Below, piece after piece: positions 51,645 to 61,614 of a stretch of 64,000 bases of DNA. A model generated the notes under the pieces. The model did no database searches. It saw only the letters and a list, made by a program, of their open reading frames with translations, and had not been told where the DNA came from. Origin of the DNA: Candidatus Latescibacterota bacterium (lineage in GTDB: Bacteria; Latescibacterota; UBA2968; UBA8231); NCBI GenBank assembly GCA_965248265.1, contig CBDFJF010000001.1:152822-216821 (forward strand), given 5' to 3'. Positions within the stretch are counted from its first letter, which is position 1. Every line of letters starts with the position of its first letter. The position numbers and the translations under genes are program-made.

Positions 51645-52817
51645 CTAGAACGTGCCGGTCACATCCATGGTCTTGCTGGCAGAGGGATCCTTGCTCACCG
51701 TCGAGTTGGCGATGCGCTCCTGCAACTTCTCGTAGTAAAACTCTTCATCTACCGGAATCGTCACCCAGTCGTCCGTCCATGCCGACAGCAGCATGGCGTT
51801 CGAAAGCTCCACGCCGTTGATGCCTTCCTCGCCTGGCGCCAACAGCGGCGTGCCGTTGCGGATGGCATCTACCCAGTTGGTGAGAACGACGACGTGTTCC
51901 TGCTTGCCTCGGCTCGAAACCGGGATCTCGCACTCCCAGATCTCCGGCTGGCCGAAGCCGTTCGGATGCTCCTTGCAGAATTGGCTGATCCCCTCGCGGG
52001 TGCGCCAGAACGTGATGCGGCCGTTCTCCACCACCACCTTGCCCCGGTCCGCCGAAATCTCCAGCCGGTTCGTCCCCGGCGCTTCCCCCGTCGAGGTCAT
52101 GAAGATTCCCGTGCCGCCGTTTTCATACTCGACGTAGGCGGTCGTATCATCATCCACTTCGATGTCGTGGTACTTGCCGAATCCGACAAAAGCCCGCACC
52201 CTCACCGGCATGCCGCAGACCCACTGCCACATGTCCAAATTGTGCGGGCATTGATTGGCCAGCGCCCCGCCGCCTTCCCCGGCCCAGGTTGCCCGCCAAC
52301 CGCCCGAATCGAAATAGCTCTGCGCCCGGAACCAGTCCGTGACGGTGTAGATGGTACGCTTGATCTCCCCCAGTTCCCCGGATGCGACCAATTCCCGCAG
52401 CTTTTGACTAATCGGTCGCGCGCGCTGGTTGAACATGATGCCGAAGACCCGGTCGCTTCGGGCGGCCGCTTCGTTCATCTCACGCACCTGTTTGGTGTAA
52501 ACCCCGGCCGGCTTTTCCGACATCACGTGCAGGCCACGCTCCAACCCCTGGATCGCATAGGGCGGATGGAAGTAGTGCGGTGTCGCAATGATGATGGCGT
52601 CAATCCCACCTGCCTCCATCAACGCCTCGGCGCTGTCAAACGTGTTGATGCCCGGATGGCCATCTCTCACTGCCTGCAGCTTGCTCTCATCCGTATCGGC
52701 CACGGACACCAACTCGACGCCGGCCACGGCACCGCCGGCCAGGTGACGGATGTGCGCCGTGCCCATGCCGCCTGCTCCGATGACGCCAACTCGTACTGAA
52801 TCCGTTCGGTCTCCCAT
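51645..52817 (-). CDS. Gfo/Idh/MocA family oxidoreductase
   Basis: 'VRVGVIGAGGMGTAHIRHL', 'VMSEKPAG', 'FNQRARP'. Confidence 0.75.
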   Translation of the reverse strand: MGDRTDSVRVGVIGAGGMGTAHIRHLAGGAVAGVELVSVADTDESKLQAVRDGHPGINTFDSAEALMEAGGIDAIIIATPHYFHPPYAIQGLERGLHVMSEKPAGVYTKQVREMNEAAARSDRVFGIMFNQRARPISQKLRELVASGELGEIKRTIYTVTDWFRAQSYFDSGGWRATWAGEGGGALANQCPHNLDMWQWVCGMPVRVRAFVGFGKYHDIEVDDDTTAYVEYENGGTGIFMTSTGEAPGTNRLEISADRGKVVVENGRITFWRTREGISQFCKEHPNGFGQPEIWECEIPVSSRGKQEHVVVLTNWVDAIRNGTPLLAPGEEGINGVELSNAMLLSAWTDDWVTIPVDEEFYYEKLQERIANSTVSKDPSASKTMDVTGTF

Positions 52818-52830
52818 AAGGTCTCCTACG

Positions 52831-53715
52831 TCAAATCTGATTCTGACCCGATGGCGGGACGACAGGCTCGCCACCGCGACACACGACGGGGAAATGAGCT
52901 CCAGCTCCCGACATCAGATCACCATTCGCCACCTCGACGAACTCTTTCATCAAATGGTCGCCGCTGGCATCGTAGTGCGTTTCGCCGGTCATGTAGTGAA
53001 TGGCGATGGCCCGGCGATCCCTGTTGGATTGATTCGCCGGCGACCCATGCCAGTTGAGCGAGTGATGGAAAGACAACTCCCCCCGCTTCATCGGCCACGG
53101 CCGAGGAACCGCCTCTGCAACCTGCGCACCCTCTGGTGGAACAAAGGGCGCGGTGACGTTCTGGAAGTTCTCGAACTCCTTGCCCGTCAGATGCTCCCGG
53201 ATGAAGGCGATCTGATCGCCCCACTGATAGCTGCCCGGAACCATCCACATGCAGCCGTTCTCTTCATCGACATCATCCAGGGGAATCCAGGCTGAAACGG
53301 AAGTCATCGGCTTGATGATCGGCCACAGCGGTGCGTCCTGATGCCAGCTGAGTGCGCCGCCGGTGCCGGCTGGCTTGTACTGCAGCTGATCGTGCCAGAC
53401 CACTAAATCCGACTGACGCGTAAGTTGGCATAATGCCCCCGTTATGGCGGGATGGTACAACAACCGCTCGAAGGCCTCCGATGCTTCCCAGATATTGACA
53501 ATCTGCCACACCGGATGCTCGCTCACACCCCTGCCCCCGGCCAGATCCCGAAAGGCTACCGGCTTTGACTCGCCCTCGGCAAAGCCGTCCGGACCGGTTT
53601 CCAGAACACGGTCCAGCTCACTACGCAGCTCCTCGACCTCGTCCTGCTCCAGCAGTGTCCCGGCGTTCAGAAAGCCGTCGGCATCGAATCGCGCAATTTG
53701 CTCTTCGTTCAACAT
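52831..53715 (-). CDS. Phytanoyl-CoA dioxygenase (PhyH) family Fe(II)/2OG oxygenase
   Basis: 'SWHQDAPLWP', '...SFHHSLNWHGSPANQSNRDRRAIAIHY' (H-x-D...H plus R). Confidence 0.7.
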   Translation of the reverse strand: MLNEEQIARFDADGFLNAGTLLEQDEVEELRSELDRVLETGPDGFAEGESKPVAFRDLAGGRGVSEHPVWQIVNIWEASEAFERLLYHPAITGALCQLTRQSDLVVWHDQLQYKPAGTGGALSWHQDAPLWPIIKPMTSVSAWIPLDDVDEENGCMWMVPGSYQWGDQIAFIREHLTGKEFENFQNVTAPFVPPEGAQVAEAVPRPWPMKRGELSFHHSLNWHGSPANQSNRDRRAIAIHYMTGETHYDASGDHLMKEFVEVANGDLMSGAGAHFPVVCRGGEPVVPPSGQNQI

Positions 53716-53765
53716 ATATTGGACCCCAACCTCTGTATGATGGACCCCAGACCGTTTCTCGGTTC

Positions 53766-56348
53766 TTAGCGGGATCGAGCGTCGAGTTCTGCCATCCCCT
53801 CGCGGAACAGCGCTATCAACCGCGCTCGCACAGCCTCATCCTTGAACACACCGATTTGTTCAGCCCAGGTCACACCACCCTCCATCTGCGTCAGCAGGTA
53901 CTCGCCGGCGGCAGGTTCGAAGGTTTCACGCCCACCCACGTCGATGTACACGGGCGATGAGTGCGCCATCACCGGCCCGGCCCCTGTCCCATGCGGCCCC
54001 CAACAGCGCGCCGTGACCCAGCAAGGCGTCTCCGTCTTGAGCTTGTGGTCGAGAACGATTTTTCGCGGGAAATCCGGATCAGCCTCCTCGCGCACATCCG
54101 GAACGCCGTTGACGACCAGCTCGACCGCACTCAACGGCCATACGCTTTCAGCCGTGGCCTGCACCTCAACCGTGCCGCCGTTGCCCGGCAGGTGAATCTC
54201 CTCACCCATACTGGCACCTTCCACCTGCAGGTCAATCATCGCGCCCGTGCTGGCGAAGGTGTTGCCCCGGCGTACTCCGCGGCACCAGTTGTCGAAGGTG
54301 AATTCCTCATTGCCGTCGAGCTTGGCGTAGGTGCGCGAACAACCCAGGACCCGGTCATTGGACATCTTGTCGGTCCCGCCGACGATCGGCAGCTTCTGGC
54401 CGACATTGAGCCAACGGTAGTAGCCGCGCTCGCCGGCTCCGATGGTTTCTCCCTGCCAGATCCAGCACATCTCGGCCGCATCAGCCTGGCCAAGAACAAT
54501 GTTGGCGGCGTTCTCAAAGTCAGGACTCGGCATGTGGGGCATGATGACGAGTCCCCCCTGGCGCCGGCACTCCTCGGACCAATCCGCCATCAAAACTTGA
54601 ACTTCACCTCCTACCCAATCTTCCTCGGGGCCTCCCGTGCACATCGGTGCGACCATCTCCTTGAGGCCCAGCAGCGAGATATGTCCGAGCACGTGCTGGC
54701 GGTTTTCCTGGCTGACCCAGATCAGGTGGTCTTCACTCGATGTCGGTGACAGCCCACCCGTGAACTCTTCCCAGCTGGTGAATAACCTCCCCCACTGGCT
54801 CGCCAGCAGGTTGACGACGTTCAGATCTTCGGCCGCCGCTTCAAGATGACTGGATTGGGACGACAGGAAATGCACGTGGGTGTCGCCGGAATAATAGCCG
54901 CGGCTCTTCATGTCGAAGGCCCGCTGCATGCGCAGGGTCAGATTCCGCTGCCCGGGCTTGATCTCCAGCTTCTGCCGTAGCGGTTCGTACTCGAAGCCTC
55001 TGACGACCTCGACGTACGCCTTACCCACCGGCAGTTCGATCTGACAGGTGCCGTCTATGTAGGCGTAGGGTGTGCCCTTTATGGTGCAGTCGCCGCCCAG
55101 ATCCTCGAACCATGCCGTGTTGACGTCGGCCTGATGACCGTGCGGCGCCAGATAGGCCCCCGACTCGGAACGGAAGTGCACCCGTGATCCCACCGGCTTT
55201 CCGGTGTCGGCATCCTCGACCCTCACATGCACCCACTGCTTGCCGCGAACGCCAATGACCTCGATCCGGACCTTGCCCTGTCGTTCGCTGCCGCTTTCCA
55301 GCACGTCTCCCCAGCGAAACTCGGCATCGGCTTCGCCATCGGCCTCGCCCTCAGGTCCTTCATTGATGGACACGCGGCCTTCCGGCGAAGCGTGCACCTC
55401 GGCGTAGCCTCCCTCACGCACCTCCTGCCCCCCGGTCCCGAACCCTTTAACTTCCGTAGTCACGAAATCTTTCCCGGGGACAAACAATCGATCCTGACGC
55501 ACCAGCACTCCGCGATCCACCTTGACCTGTGGGGCCTGAGTACCGTCAGCATCGTCGATGGTGATGGCGATCTCCTTGCGCGCCGGCCAGTCGAAGGGGT
55601 CCTTTTCTTCCTGGCAGATCGTGATCGCACCCAATGCCATCGCCACCATGCCGGTAGCCAGTACCTCAATCTTATCTATGATCTTGTCCGTCGGGTTGAC
55701 CCAGTCTAGGAGCCACCAGCCTTGCAGGCTGCCGCCGTTGAGGGTCGTCGTCCCCACCTGGGTTCGCCCCCAGGGTCCGGTCATATCGCCGATCGGCACG
55801 GAACGGAACTCCCGGCATATGCGGCAGGCGAACGGGTGGTGTCCCCAGCGGATGGAAAAATCATGAATCTCGAAGCGGCGCCTGAGATTCTGTTCAACAC
55901 TGGAGCCGTCTTCGAAGTGAATCCGGTACATGCCGACCTGCTGGCCAAACGCGTCAGGGTCATCTGTCGCCGGAGCACAGGCGTGCGCGAACAACAACCT
56001 GCGAGCTCGGTGGCCGACAGAAATCGTAACCGACTCGGGCACACCCTCTATTTCCGCTTCCGCGCCACAAACAGTGACATATTTCAGCGAGGCATCATCC
56101 GCTGCCCCCTTGAACGGCACCCCCCAAAACAGATTTTCCCCCGACGGCATGCGCTTGAGCTGGGTGTTGTCGGGATCCTTTCCATCGAAGGGCCACATCC
56201 AGCCGTCGCCCGAGCGCACATTGGCGTCGCCGGCATTGCAGGAGTCAGTCAGGTCGAGTGGTTGGAATGGGTCAGCCAAGTTGTTAACTCCCGTGTGACT
56301 CTGATGTTGTGGCGCGACCCGCGTCACAGGTTTCCTCTTCTGGTACAC
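53766..56348 (-). CDS. Large protein with C-terminal PHP-type (CehA/McbA-like) metallohydrolase domain
   Basis: 'YYSGDTHVHFLSSQSS...AAAEDLNVVNLL' is PHP-like (GD.HVH...). The N-terminal 450 aa are unassigned. Confidence 0.4.
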   Translation of the reverse strand: MYQKRKPVTRVAPQHQSHTGVNNLADPFQPLDLTDSCNAGDANVRSGDGWMWPFDGKDPDNTQLKRMPSGENLFWGVPFKGAADDASLKYVTVCGAEAEIEGVPESVTISVGHRARRLLFAHACAPATDDPDAFGQQVGMYRIHFEDGSSVEQNLRRRFEIHDFSIRWGHHPFACRICREFRSVPIGDMTGPWGRTQVGTTTLNGGSLQGWWLLDWVNPTDKIIDKIEVLATGMVAMALGAITICQEEKDPFDWPARKEIAITIDDADGTQAPQVKVDRGVLVRQDRLFVPGKDFVTTEVKGFGTGGQEVREGGYAEVHASPEGRVSINEGPEGEADGEADAEFRWGDVLESGSERQGKVRIEVIGVRGKQWVHVRVEDADTGKPVGSRVHFRSESGAYLAPHGHQADVNTAWFEDLGGDCTIKGTPYAYIDGTCQIELPVGKAYVEVVRGFEYEPLRQKLEIKPGQRNLTLRMQRAFDMKSRGYYSGDTHVHFLSSQSSHLEAAAEDLNVVNLLASQWGRLFTSWEEFTGGLSPTSSEDHLIWVSQENRQHVLGHISLLGLKEMVAPMCTGGPEEDWVGGEVQVLMADWSEECRRQGGLVIMPHMPSPDFENAANIVLGQADAAEMCWIWQGETIGAGERGYYRWLNVGQKLPIVGGTDKMSNDRVLGCSRTYAKLDGNEEFTFDNWCRGVRRGNTFASTGAMIDLQVEGASMGEEIHLPGNGGTVEVQATAESVWPLSAVELVVNGVPDVREEADPDFPRKIVLDHKLKTETPCWVTARCWGPHGTGAGPVMAHSSPVYIDVGGRETFEPAAGEYLLTQMEGGVTWAEQIGVFKDEAVRARLIALFREGMAELDARSR

Positions 56349-56425
56349 AAAGTAACCAAGACCCCTCGCGCACCAAAGACCGCTCAGTTTGCCGGTTGTG
56401 AGGACCGGGAATACATTCGATAACT

Positions 56426-57796
56426 ATGTCAAACAGCATGCCGAACAGCCCTCTGACTCGCGGTGATTTACCGCCGGAGTACGGTCTTCTGGTCCTGCAG
56501 GCCGAGCGACCCGAGCAGCAGATCTACGTCCGTTATCTGATGTTGATTCTCAACTACCGCTTCGGACTGGACCTGATCACGGTCAAGAGTCATGTGGAGG
56601 CGTTTTCGGCGGCGCGCAAGTACGGCCGCAAGATCCGCTGCACCGTCATCGTCCAGGACACCAAGATCGACACCAAATCGACGATCGCGGCCCTGAGCCT
56701 CGAAGACGCCATCCCGTTGATTGCCGTACTGCCTGCCGGCTTGATCGAATCACACCAGGATCTCGTCCAACGCATGACCAACGTCCATTTTTGTGCCTGG
56801 GAAACGGCGTTGGGAAAATCGGACGCCGCCCTTCTGCCGCTGATCTTGAAGACCTTCGCCGCCAACGGCATCGGTGAGCTCTTTGGTGAAGACGCACAGC
56901 AATTGCCGTTCGAGGAAATGCAGGCTCGCGTCGAACGCCGTCTGCGCAACCTGAAAACACTGCCGACCCTGCCCGAAATCGCCGTCCGCATCATGACCAT
57001 GATCCAGGATCCCAGACCCACAGTCGAGGATCTTGAAGAGGTACTGACCAGTGACGCTGCCATCGTCCACAAGCTGCTTCAGGTCGTCAACTCCCCCGTC
57101 TTCGCCGGCAGCGGGCACAAGGGAAGTTGGTCACTGGGGGAAGCTATCGTCCGGCTCGGACGCAACAAGGTCGGTGCCATCGCGCAGCAGATCAAAATGA
57201 TGAACTCACTGGTCAAGCCGGAGCAGAGCCTTTTCGACCTGCGCCGTTTCTGGGAGCACTCGGTCGGCTGCGCCCTGGTGGCCGACCGGCTTTACCGAGA
57301 CAAGCTCCTGAACCTCAAGGAGGAGATCGAGTTCAACGACTACTGGATCGGCGGCCTGATGCACGATTCCGGCAAGGTCGTACTGGGCTTCTTTTTTTGG
57401 GAGCACTTCGAGGAGATTCTCACCCACATGGGCAAGGAAGAAACCTCCTTTCGCCAGGCCGAGAAAGATTTGTGTGAGGTTGCTAATCATGAATTCCTGG
57501 GTCAGCTGCTATTGCTCAAATCGAACGTTGGCGAGCAGCTGGTGCGCGCCGTCGGCGAGCATCACTCAGGCAGCAAGGATCCCAGTGACCTCGTCTGTCT
57601 CCTGCACGTAGCCAACAACCTGTGCAAGGACCTGGATAAGGGATACCTGCAGGAAGAGAGCAGCCTCTATCGGGTGGAGGTGCTGCAGAAACTCGGCATC
57701 ACCCGGGAGGACATGGAGCGGATCCGTGAAGAACTCGGAGAGCGGATGGTGAAGGAGATCGACGATCTCGTCGATCGCTGCGTGCAGCCGGTTTGA
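56426..57796 (+). CDS. HDOD-domain signalling protein with degenerate receiver-like N-terminus
   Basis: 'LPTLPEIAVRIMTMIQDPRPTVEDLEEVLTSDAAIVHKLLQVVNSPVFAG...LGEAIVRLGRNKV...GGLMHDSGKVVL'. Confidence 0.7.
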   Translation: MSNSMPNSPLTRGDLPPEYGLLVLQAERPEQQIYVRYLMLILNYRFGLDLITVKSHVEAFSAARKYGRKIRCTVIVQDTKIDTKSTIAALSLEDAIPLIAVLPAGLIESHQDLVQRMTNVHFCAWETALGKSDAALLPLILKTFAANGIGELFGEDAQQLPFEEMQARVERRLRNLKTLPTLPEIAVRIMTMIQDPRPTVEDLEEVLTSDAAIVHKLLQVVNSPVFAGSGHKGSWSLGEAIVRLGRNKVGAIAQQIKMMNSLVKPEQSLFDLRRFWEHSVGCALVADRLYRDKLLNLKEEIEFNDYWIGGLMHDSGKVVLGFFFWEHFEEILTHMGKEETSFRQAEKDLCEVANHEFLGQLLLLKSNVGEQLVRAVGEHHSGSKDPSDLVCLLHVANNLCKDLDKGYLQEESSLYRVEVLQKLGITREDMERIREELGERMVKEIDDLVDRCVQPV

Positions 57797-57808
57797 GGCG
57801 CTACCGGT

Positions 57809-58774
57809 CTACTGGCCAAGGATCTCTGCGTAACGACTCAGCGTTAGATTGCCCCCACTCAGAACACCGACAACCTTTTTCCCGCACAGTCTTTCCTTCC
57901 CCAGCTCGAACGCCGCCGCCAGCGACACCGCACCAGCGCCTTCGGCGACCAGGCGGGCACTCTGGGCCAGCCGCCGCACGGCCACGTCGATGGCATCGTC
58001 GCCGACCAGGACGAACTCATCCAGCAGCTCCCACATCATCGTCATCGTCATCTCGAAGGGCACCCGTGTTGCCAGGCCTTCACTGGTGGTGTCCGCATCA
58101 GCCTCGACGTCGAGCCGACGCTCCTTCCAGGCCATCCAGGCACCGGGTGCCTGTTTCGACTGTGCGCCGATTACGGTTACATCCGGGTGCGTTTCTTTGA
58201 CCGCCAGACACAAACCGCTCACACCGCTCCCCCCTCCCACCGGGCCGATGATGATGTCGACGTCCGGCAGTTGCTCGAGAATCTCCAGTCCCATCGTGCC
58301 CACACCCGCGATCAGGCGAGGCTCGTTTGCCGAGTGTACGTAGCGCCTGCCCTCGGCACGGGCCACGCGCTCGACCTCTACCCGCGCCTCGTCAAAATCA
58401 CGACCGTACAGTCTGACATCCGCGCCCAATTCCCGCATCGCCGCCAGCTTGCGTTCGTTGACGCGCTCAGCCGGAGCATAGATGATGACGGGCACACCGA
58501 AGAGCCCGCCAGCCATGGCCATCGATTGGCCGTGATTGCCGGTGCTGGCACTGATTACACCTGCTGCCTTTTCCTCATCGCTGAGACGACCAATGAGGTT
58601 GACACCGCCCCGGACCTTGAAGGCGCCGATCGGTTGCAGGTTCTCGCACTTGATGTAATAGTCGCAACCCAAAGCGTGCGAGAGCGACTCACTCTTTATT
58701 AGAGGAGTTGGTGGTAGGTAAGGTGTGATCAGCTCGCGCGCCGAAACCACATCTGCGTAGGTAGGTCGACTCAT
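57809..58774 (-). CDS. PLP-dependent threonine/serine dehydratase family enzyme
   Basis: 'LQPIGAFKVRGGVN', 'SASTGNHGQSMAMAG', then a glycine-rich loop. Confidence 0.7.
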   Translation of the reverse strand: MSRPTYADVVSARELITPYLPPTPLIKSESLSHALGCDYYIKCENLQPIGAFKVRGGVNLIGRLSDEEKAAGVISASTGNHGQSMAMAGGLFGVPVIIYAPAERVNERKLAAMRELGADVRLYGRDFDEARVEVERVARAEGRRYVHSANEPRLIAGVGTMGLEILEQLPDVDIIIGPVGGGSGVSGLCLAVKETHPDVTVIGAQSKQAPGAWMAWKERRLDVEADADTTSEGLATRVPFEMTMTMMWELLDEFVLVGDDAIDVAVRRLAQSARLVAEGAGAVSLAAAFELGKERLCGKKVVGVLSGGNLTLSRYAEILGQ

Positions 58775-59511
58775 CTGGATCCCGCTCGGATGCGCTCTAT
58801 AGCTGTGCTCAGGACAGCGGCGTTGTCGCAACGCTCCACAATCGATAACAATTCGGCTTCCGCTGTCTCCGCTATGGCTTCAACCTCGGCCACCAGTACG
58901 GGCAGAGCCCGGGTTACGTTGTCGACGATCGTGATCGTGGCCTGCTGCGCCGTCCGCGACAGCGGGTTGAGGTCGACGGTGATGACTTCCTTGCCTGCCT
59001 TCACCAGCGCTCCGCAGCGATCGCCGTCTTCCAACGGGACGAACACCACGTCGGCGATCGCCAGACCGTCGGGGTGCACGAAGCGGCGGTTGGAGTCGAT
59101 GTCGTCGAGGACCACTTGCGGGTCGGGAAGCAGAACGACCTCGGCTCCCGCCTGCTTCAAATGCTCGGCAATGGCGCGCTCGCGTTCCTCTGAGGCATGG
59201 AAAATATTGACCTCAATCGGGGCCGGCACGATCCGGCTCAACTGCACGATGTCATCCGGCACCAATGCGGCCGTGTTGCCGTTTATTGATAGAACTGGGT
59301 GCTTTGCCGTAAGCAATCGTGCGGCGGCAGCGCGGATGGCCTGGCTGGCAAAGGCATGCGTCTGTTCTCCCAACAGGTAGTCGAAGGCTTCACCGCGCCC
59401 GTGTGCGATGAGCCCATGCGGTGAAGTGATGCCGCTTTCCACACCATTGACCATGGCGTCACGCAGGCGCAGCGAGGTATAGCGCGGGTGGCTTGTTGGT
59501 ACGTCTGTCAC
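58771..59511 (-). CDS. Archaeal-type phosphopantothenate synthetase (4-phosphopantoate-beta-alanine ligase, DUF137/COG1701-like)
   Basis: 'SHPRYTSLRLRD...GLIAHGRGEAFDYLLGE...PVLSINGNTAALVP...ADVVFVPLEDGDRCGALVKAGKEVITVDLNPLSRTAQQATITIVDN' matches the recalled motif set of the archaeal PPS family. Not database-verified. Confidence 0.55.
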   Translation of the reverse strand: MTDVPTSHPRYTSLRLRDAMVNGVESGITSPHGLIAHGRGEAFDYLLGEQTHAFASQAIRAAAARLLTAKHPVLSINGNTAALVPDDIVQLSRIVPAPIEVNIFHASEERERAIAEHLKQAGAEVVLLPDPQVVLDDIDSNRRFVHPDGLAIADVVFVPLEDGDRCGALVKAGKEVITVDLNPLSRTAQQATITIVDNVTRALPVLVAEVEAIAETAEAELLSIVERCDNAAVLSTAIERIRAGSR

Positions 59512-60422
59512 AGCAACCCACCCCGTCGCCTGGCCAGAGCTGTCTCCTGGCAGCCCTCGAATCGGCTGGTGCTGAAAACGGCATTGCCCAGCATGATCAT
59601 GGACGCCTCTCCCCCAGTTGATTCGATATTCTCGATGAGTCCACGCACTCGATCATCTCGCAGGAGTCCACTGCCTTCGGCGAACTGCCGGCACACCCGG
59701 ATGCACTCGTTCATCTCGACGCGCTCCCTCACGCTCAATTCTCCGAGCGCTGTCAGTGCCACGTCCGCGGCGGCATTGATGCGAGCCGCCTGCTCCGTGT
59801 CGGAGAGCACGTCGCGAGTTCGAATCGGACCGAAGTAACGGTAGAAAATCGCTTTCCCCTCCTCTATCGGCATCGGTCGGGCGGCGAGTGGTTGACCCGG
59901 AGTCAGCTTGACCAGGCAACCGCCATGATACTGCGCACACACATCCCCGAGTCCGGTGAGATTCTCCACTTCGGCGACATGCGCCATCATGGCGAGATCC
60001 TCTTCCCCATAACCCAGGTCGAGCAACGCGTTGAGCGCGTAGGCACAGGCCAGTGCCGAAGCCCCGCTGAGGCCGAAACCGGAACTCAGCGGCAGAGCAG
60101 ACTCTATCCGGACCGCAACAGGCAGCGGCGTCAGTTTCTCTATCAGGTTGTTTACGGTCGGGAACTCTATGATCTCTCCGTTGAAGTAAACGCTCGAATC
60201 ACTGCCGCTATCCTCCTGGCTGGCGACCTCGACTTCAACCCCGTCGCGAACGGTGAATCCCAGACCCAGAGAATGCATCTGAGCGGGAGACTTATGCGGG
60301 ATGATCTTGAACACCCCGGACATGTTCCCCGGCGCGAAGGCAGCTACCGTCTTCATCGAATGAACCAGGCCTGATACGAGAAACAGGGGTAATGAAAAAT
60401 GGCGTAATGAACAATGGGACAA
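59508..60422 (-). CDS. GHMP-kinase family protein, candidate pantoate kinase (PoK)
   Basis: N-terminus 'AAFAPGNMSGVFKII'. GHMP ATP motif 'PLSSGFGLSGASALACAYALNALL'. Overlaps the PPS-like gene by 4 bp. Confidence 0.5.
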   Translation of the reverse strand: MSHCSLRHFSLPLFLVSGLVHSMKTVAAFAPGNMSGVFKIIPHKSPAQMHSLGLGFTVRDGVEVEVASQEDSGSDSSVYFNGEIIEFPTVNNLIEKLTPLPVAVRIESALPLSSGFGLSGASALACAYALNALLDLGYGEEDLAMMAHVAEVENLTGLGDVCAQYHGGCLVKLTPGQPLAARPMPIEEGKAIFYRYFGPIRTRDVLSDTEQAARINAAADVALTALGELSVRERVEMNECIRVCRQFAEGSGLLRDDRVRGLIENIESTGGEASMIMLGNAVFSTSRFEGCQETALARRRGGLL

Positions 60423-60452
60423 TCAGCGATAAGGTAGGTAGGACACGACGCC

Positions 60453-61049
60453 TTACCCACGTCCAGCGACAATCTGCTCATGCCGGTAGCAATCGATGGT
60501 GTGGTCGTTGACGATGCCCGTCGCCTGCATCAGGGCATAGCAGATCGTCGGGCCCACGAAGGTGAAGTCTCTTTTCTTCAAATCTTTGCTGATGGTCTCC
60601 GCCAGCGGCGTCAGAGCGGGAACATCGCTCATCCCACGCCACCTGTTCTGAATTGGCGTTCCATCCACGAAAGCCCAGAAATAGGCATCGAAGCTGCCGA
60701 ATTCCCGCTGCACCTCCAGAAAAGCCCTGGCATTCCTGACCGTACCTTGGACCTTGAGCCGGTTGCGGATGATGCCCTCGTCTTTGAGCAAGCGAGCAAT
60801 CTTGCGCTTGTCATACCGGGCAACCTTGCTCGCATCGAAGCCATCCAACAGCCGCCGATAGTTCTCTCGCTTCTTGAGAACCGTCGACCAGCTCAGTCCC
60901 GCCTGCGCTCCTTCCAACACGATAAACTCGAACCACACAGTGTCGTCATGTACAGGTACGCCCCACTCATCATCGTGGTAAGCCACGTACTGATCGTCCG
61001 TCCCCTTTGCCCATTCGCAGCGAACGAGTTCCCGCTGGCCCCGTGCCAT
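60453..61049 (-). CDS. tag: DNA-3-methyladenine glycosylase I
   Basis: 'YHDDEWGVP', 'LEGAQAGLSWSTVLKKRENYR', 'GIIRNRLKVQ', 'FVGPTICYALMQATGIVNDH', 'CYRH'. Near-collinear with E. coli Tag. Confidence 0.85.
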   Translation of the reverse strand: MARGQRELVRCEWAKGTDDQYVAYHDDEWGVPVHDDTVWFEFIVLEGAQAGLSWSTVLKKRENYRRLLDGFDASKVARYDKRKIARLLKDEGIIRNRLKVQGTVRNARAFLEVQREFGSFDAYFWAFVDGTPIQNRWRGMSDVPALTPLAETISKDLKKRDFTFVGPTICYALMQATGIVNDHTIDCYRHEQIVAGRG

Positions 61050-61071
61050 CAGCGGTGTTCCTCGAGAGCCA

Positions 61072-61605
61072 TCAGCGGTGTTCCTCCAGATGTCGTCTCA
61101 AATCGAATAGATAGGCTTCGAGCGTGGCCGTGTGCCCGATGAAGACGGCGGCGACGAAGCGAAATATTGGATCGTAGACCTCGCCCTCTTCCACGATGCG
61201 GATGTAGGTGCCCGGGCCGTCATCGTCGAGTTCGAAGGTCCAGGTGCCGGCAAACGGCAAATCATCTTGAGCGATCCTGGTGACCAACCGGCGCGGTGGG
61301 TCGACCTCGACAGTCGCCAGCGTCAATGAGTCTCCCCAGGCATCAACCTCGACCCAGGTGGTGACACTGTCCCCTTTTGACGAGCGGACGACGACGGCGG
61401 CTACATCACTGCGCCATCGAGAGTGTTGCGGCCAATCCGTGATCGTCTGCCACACTCGCTCCCTCGTGGCAGGTAGTTCCCCGCGCACGGCTGCGACGTG
61501 GGCAACCGGCAGTATCGATCCGACGACGTAGGCGATGGCAATCAGGATCAGCAGTGCGCTGCCGAGCGTGAGGGTTACGACCTTCATCACCTGCCTGCCA
61601 GTCAT
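61072..61605 (-). CDS. SRPBCC (polyketide-cyclase/Bet v1-like) membrane-anchored protein
   Basis: N-terminal TM, then a beta-rich 'WQTITDWPQHSRW' fold signature. Confidence 0.5.
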   Translation of the reverse strand: MTGRQVMKVVTLTLGSALLILIAIAYVVGSILPVAHVAAVRGELPATRERVWQTITDWPQHSRWRSDVAAVVVRSSKGDSVTTWVEVDAWGDSLTLATVEVDPPRRLVTRIAQDDLPFAGTWTFELDDDGPGTYIRIVEEGEVYDPIFRFVAAVFIGHTATLEAYLFDLRRHLEEHR

Positions 61606-61614
61606 GCAAGACCC

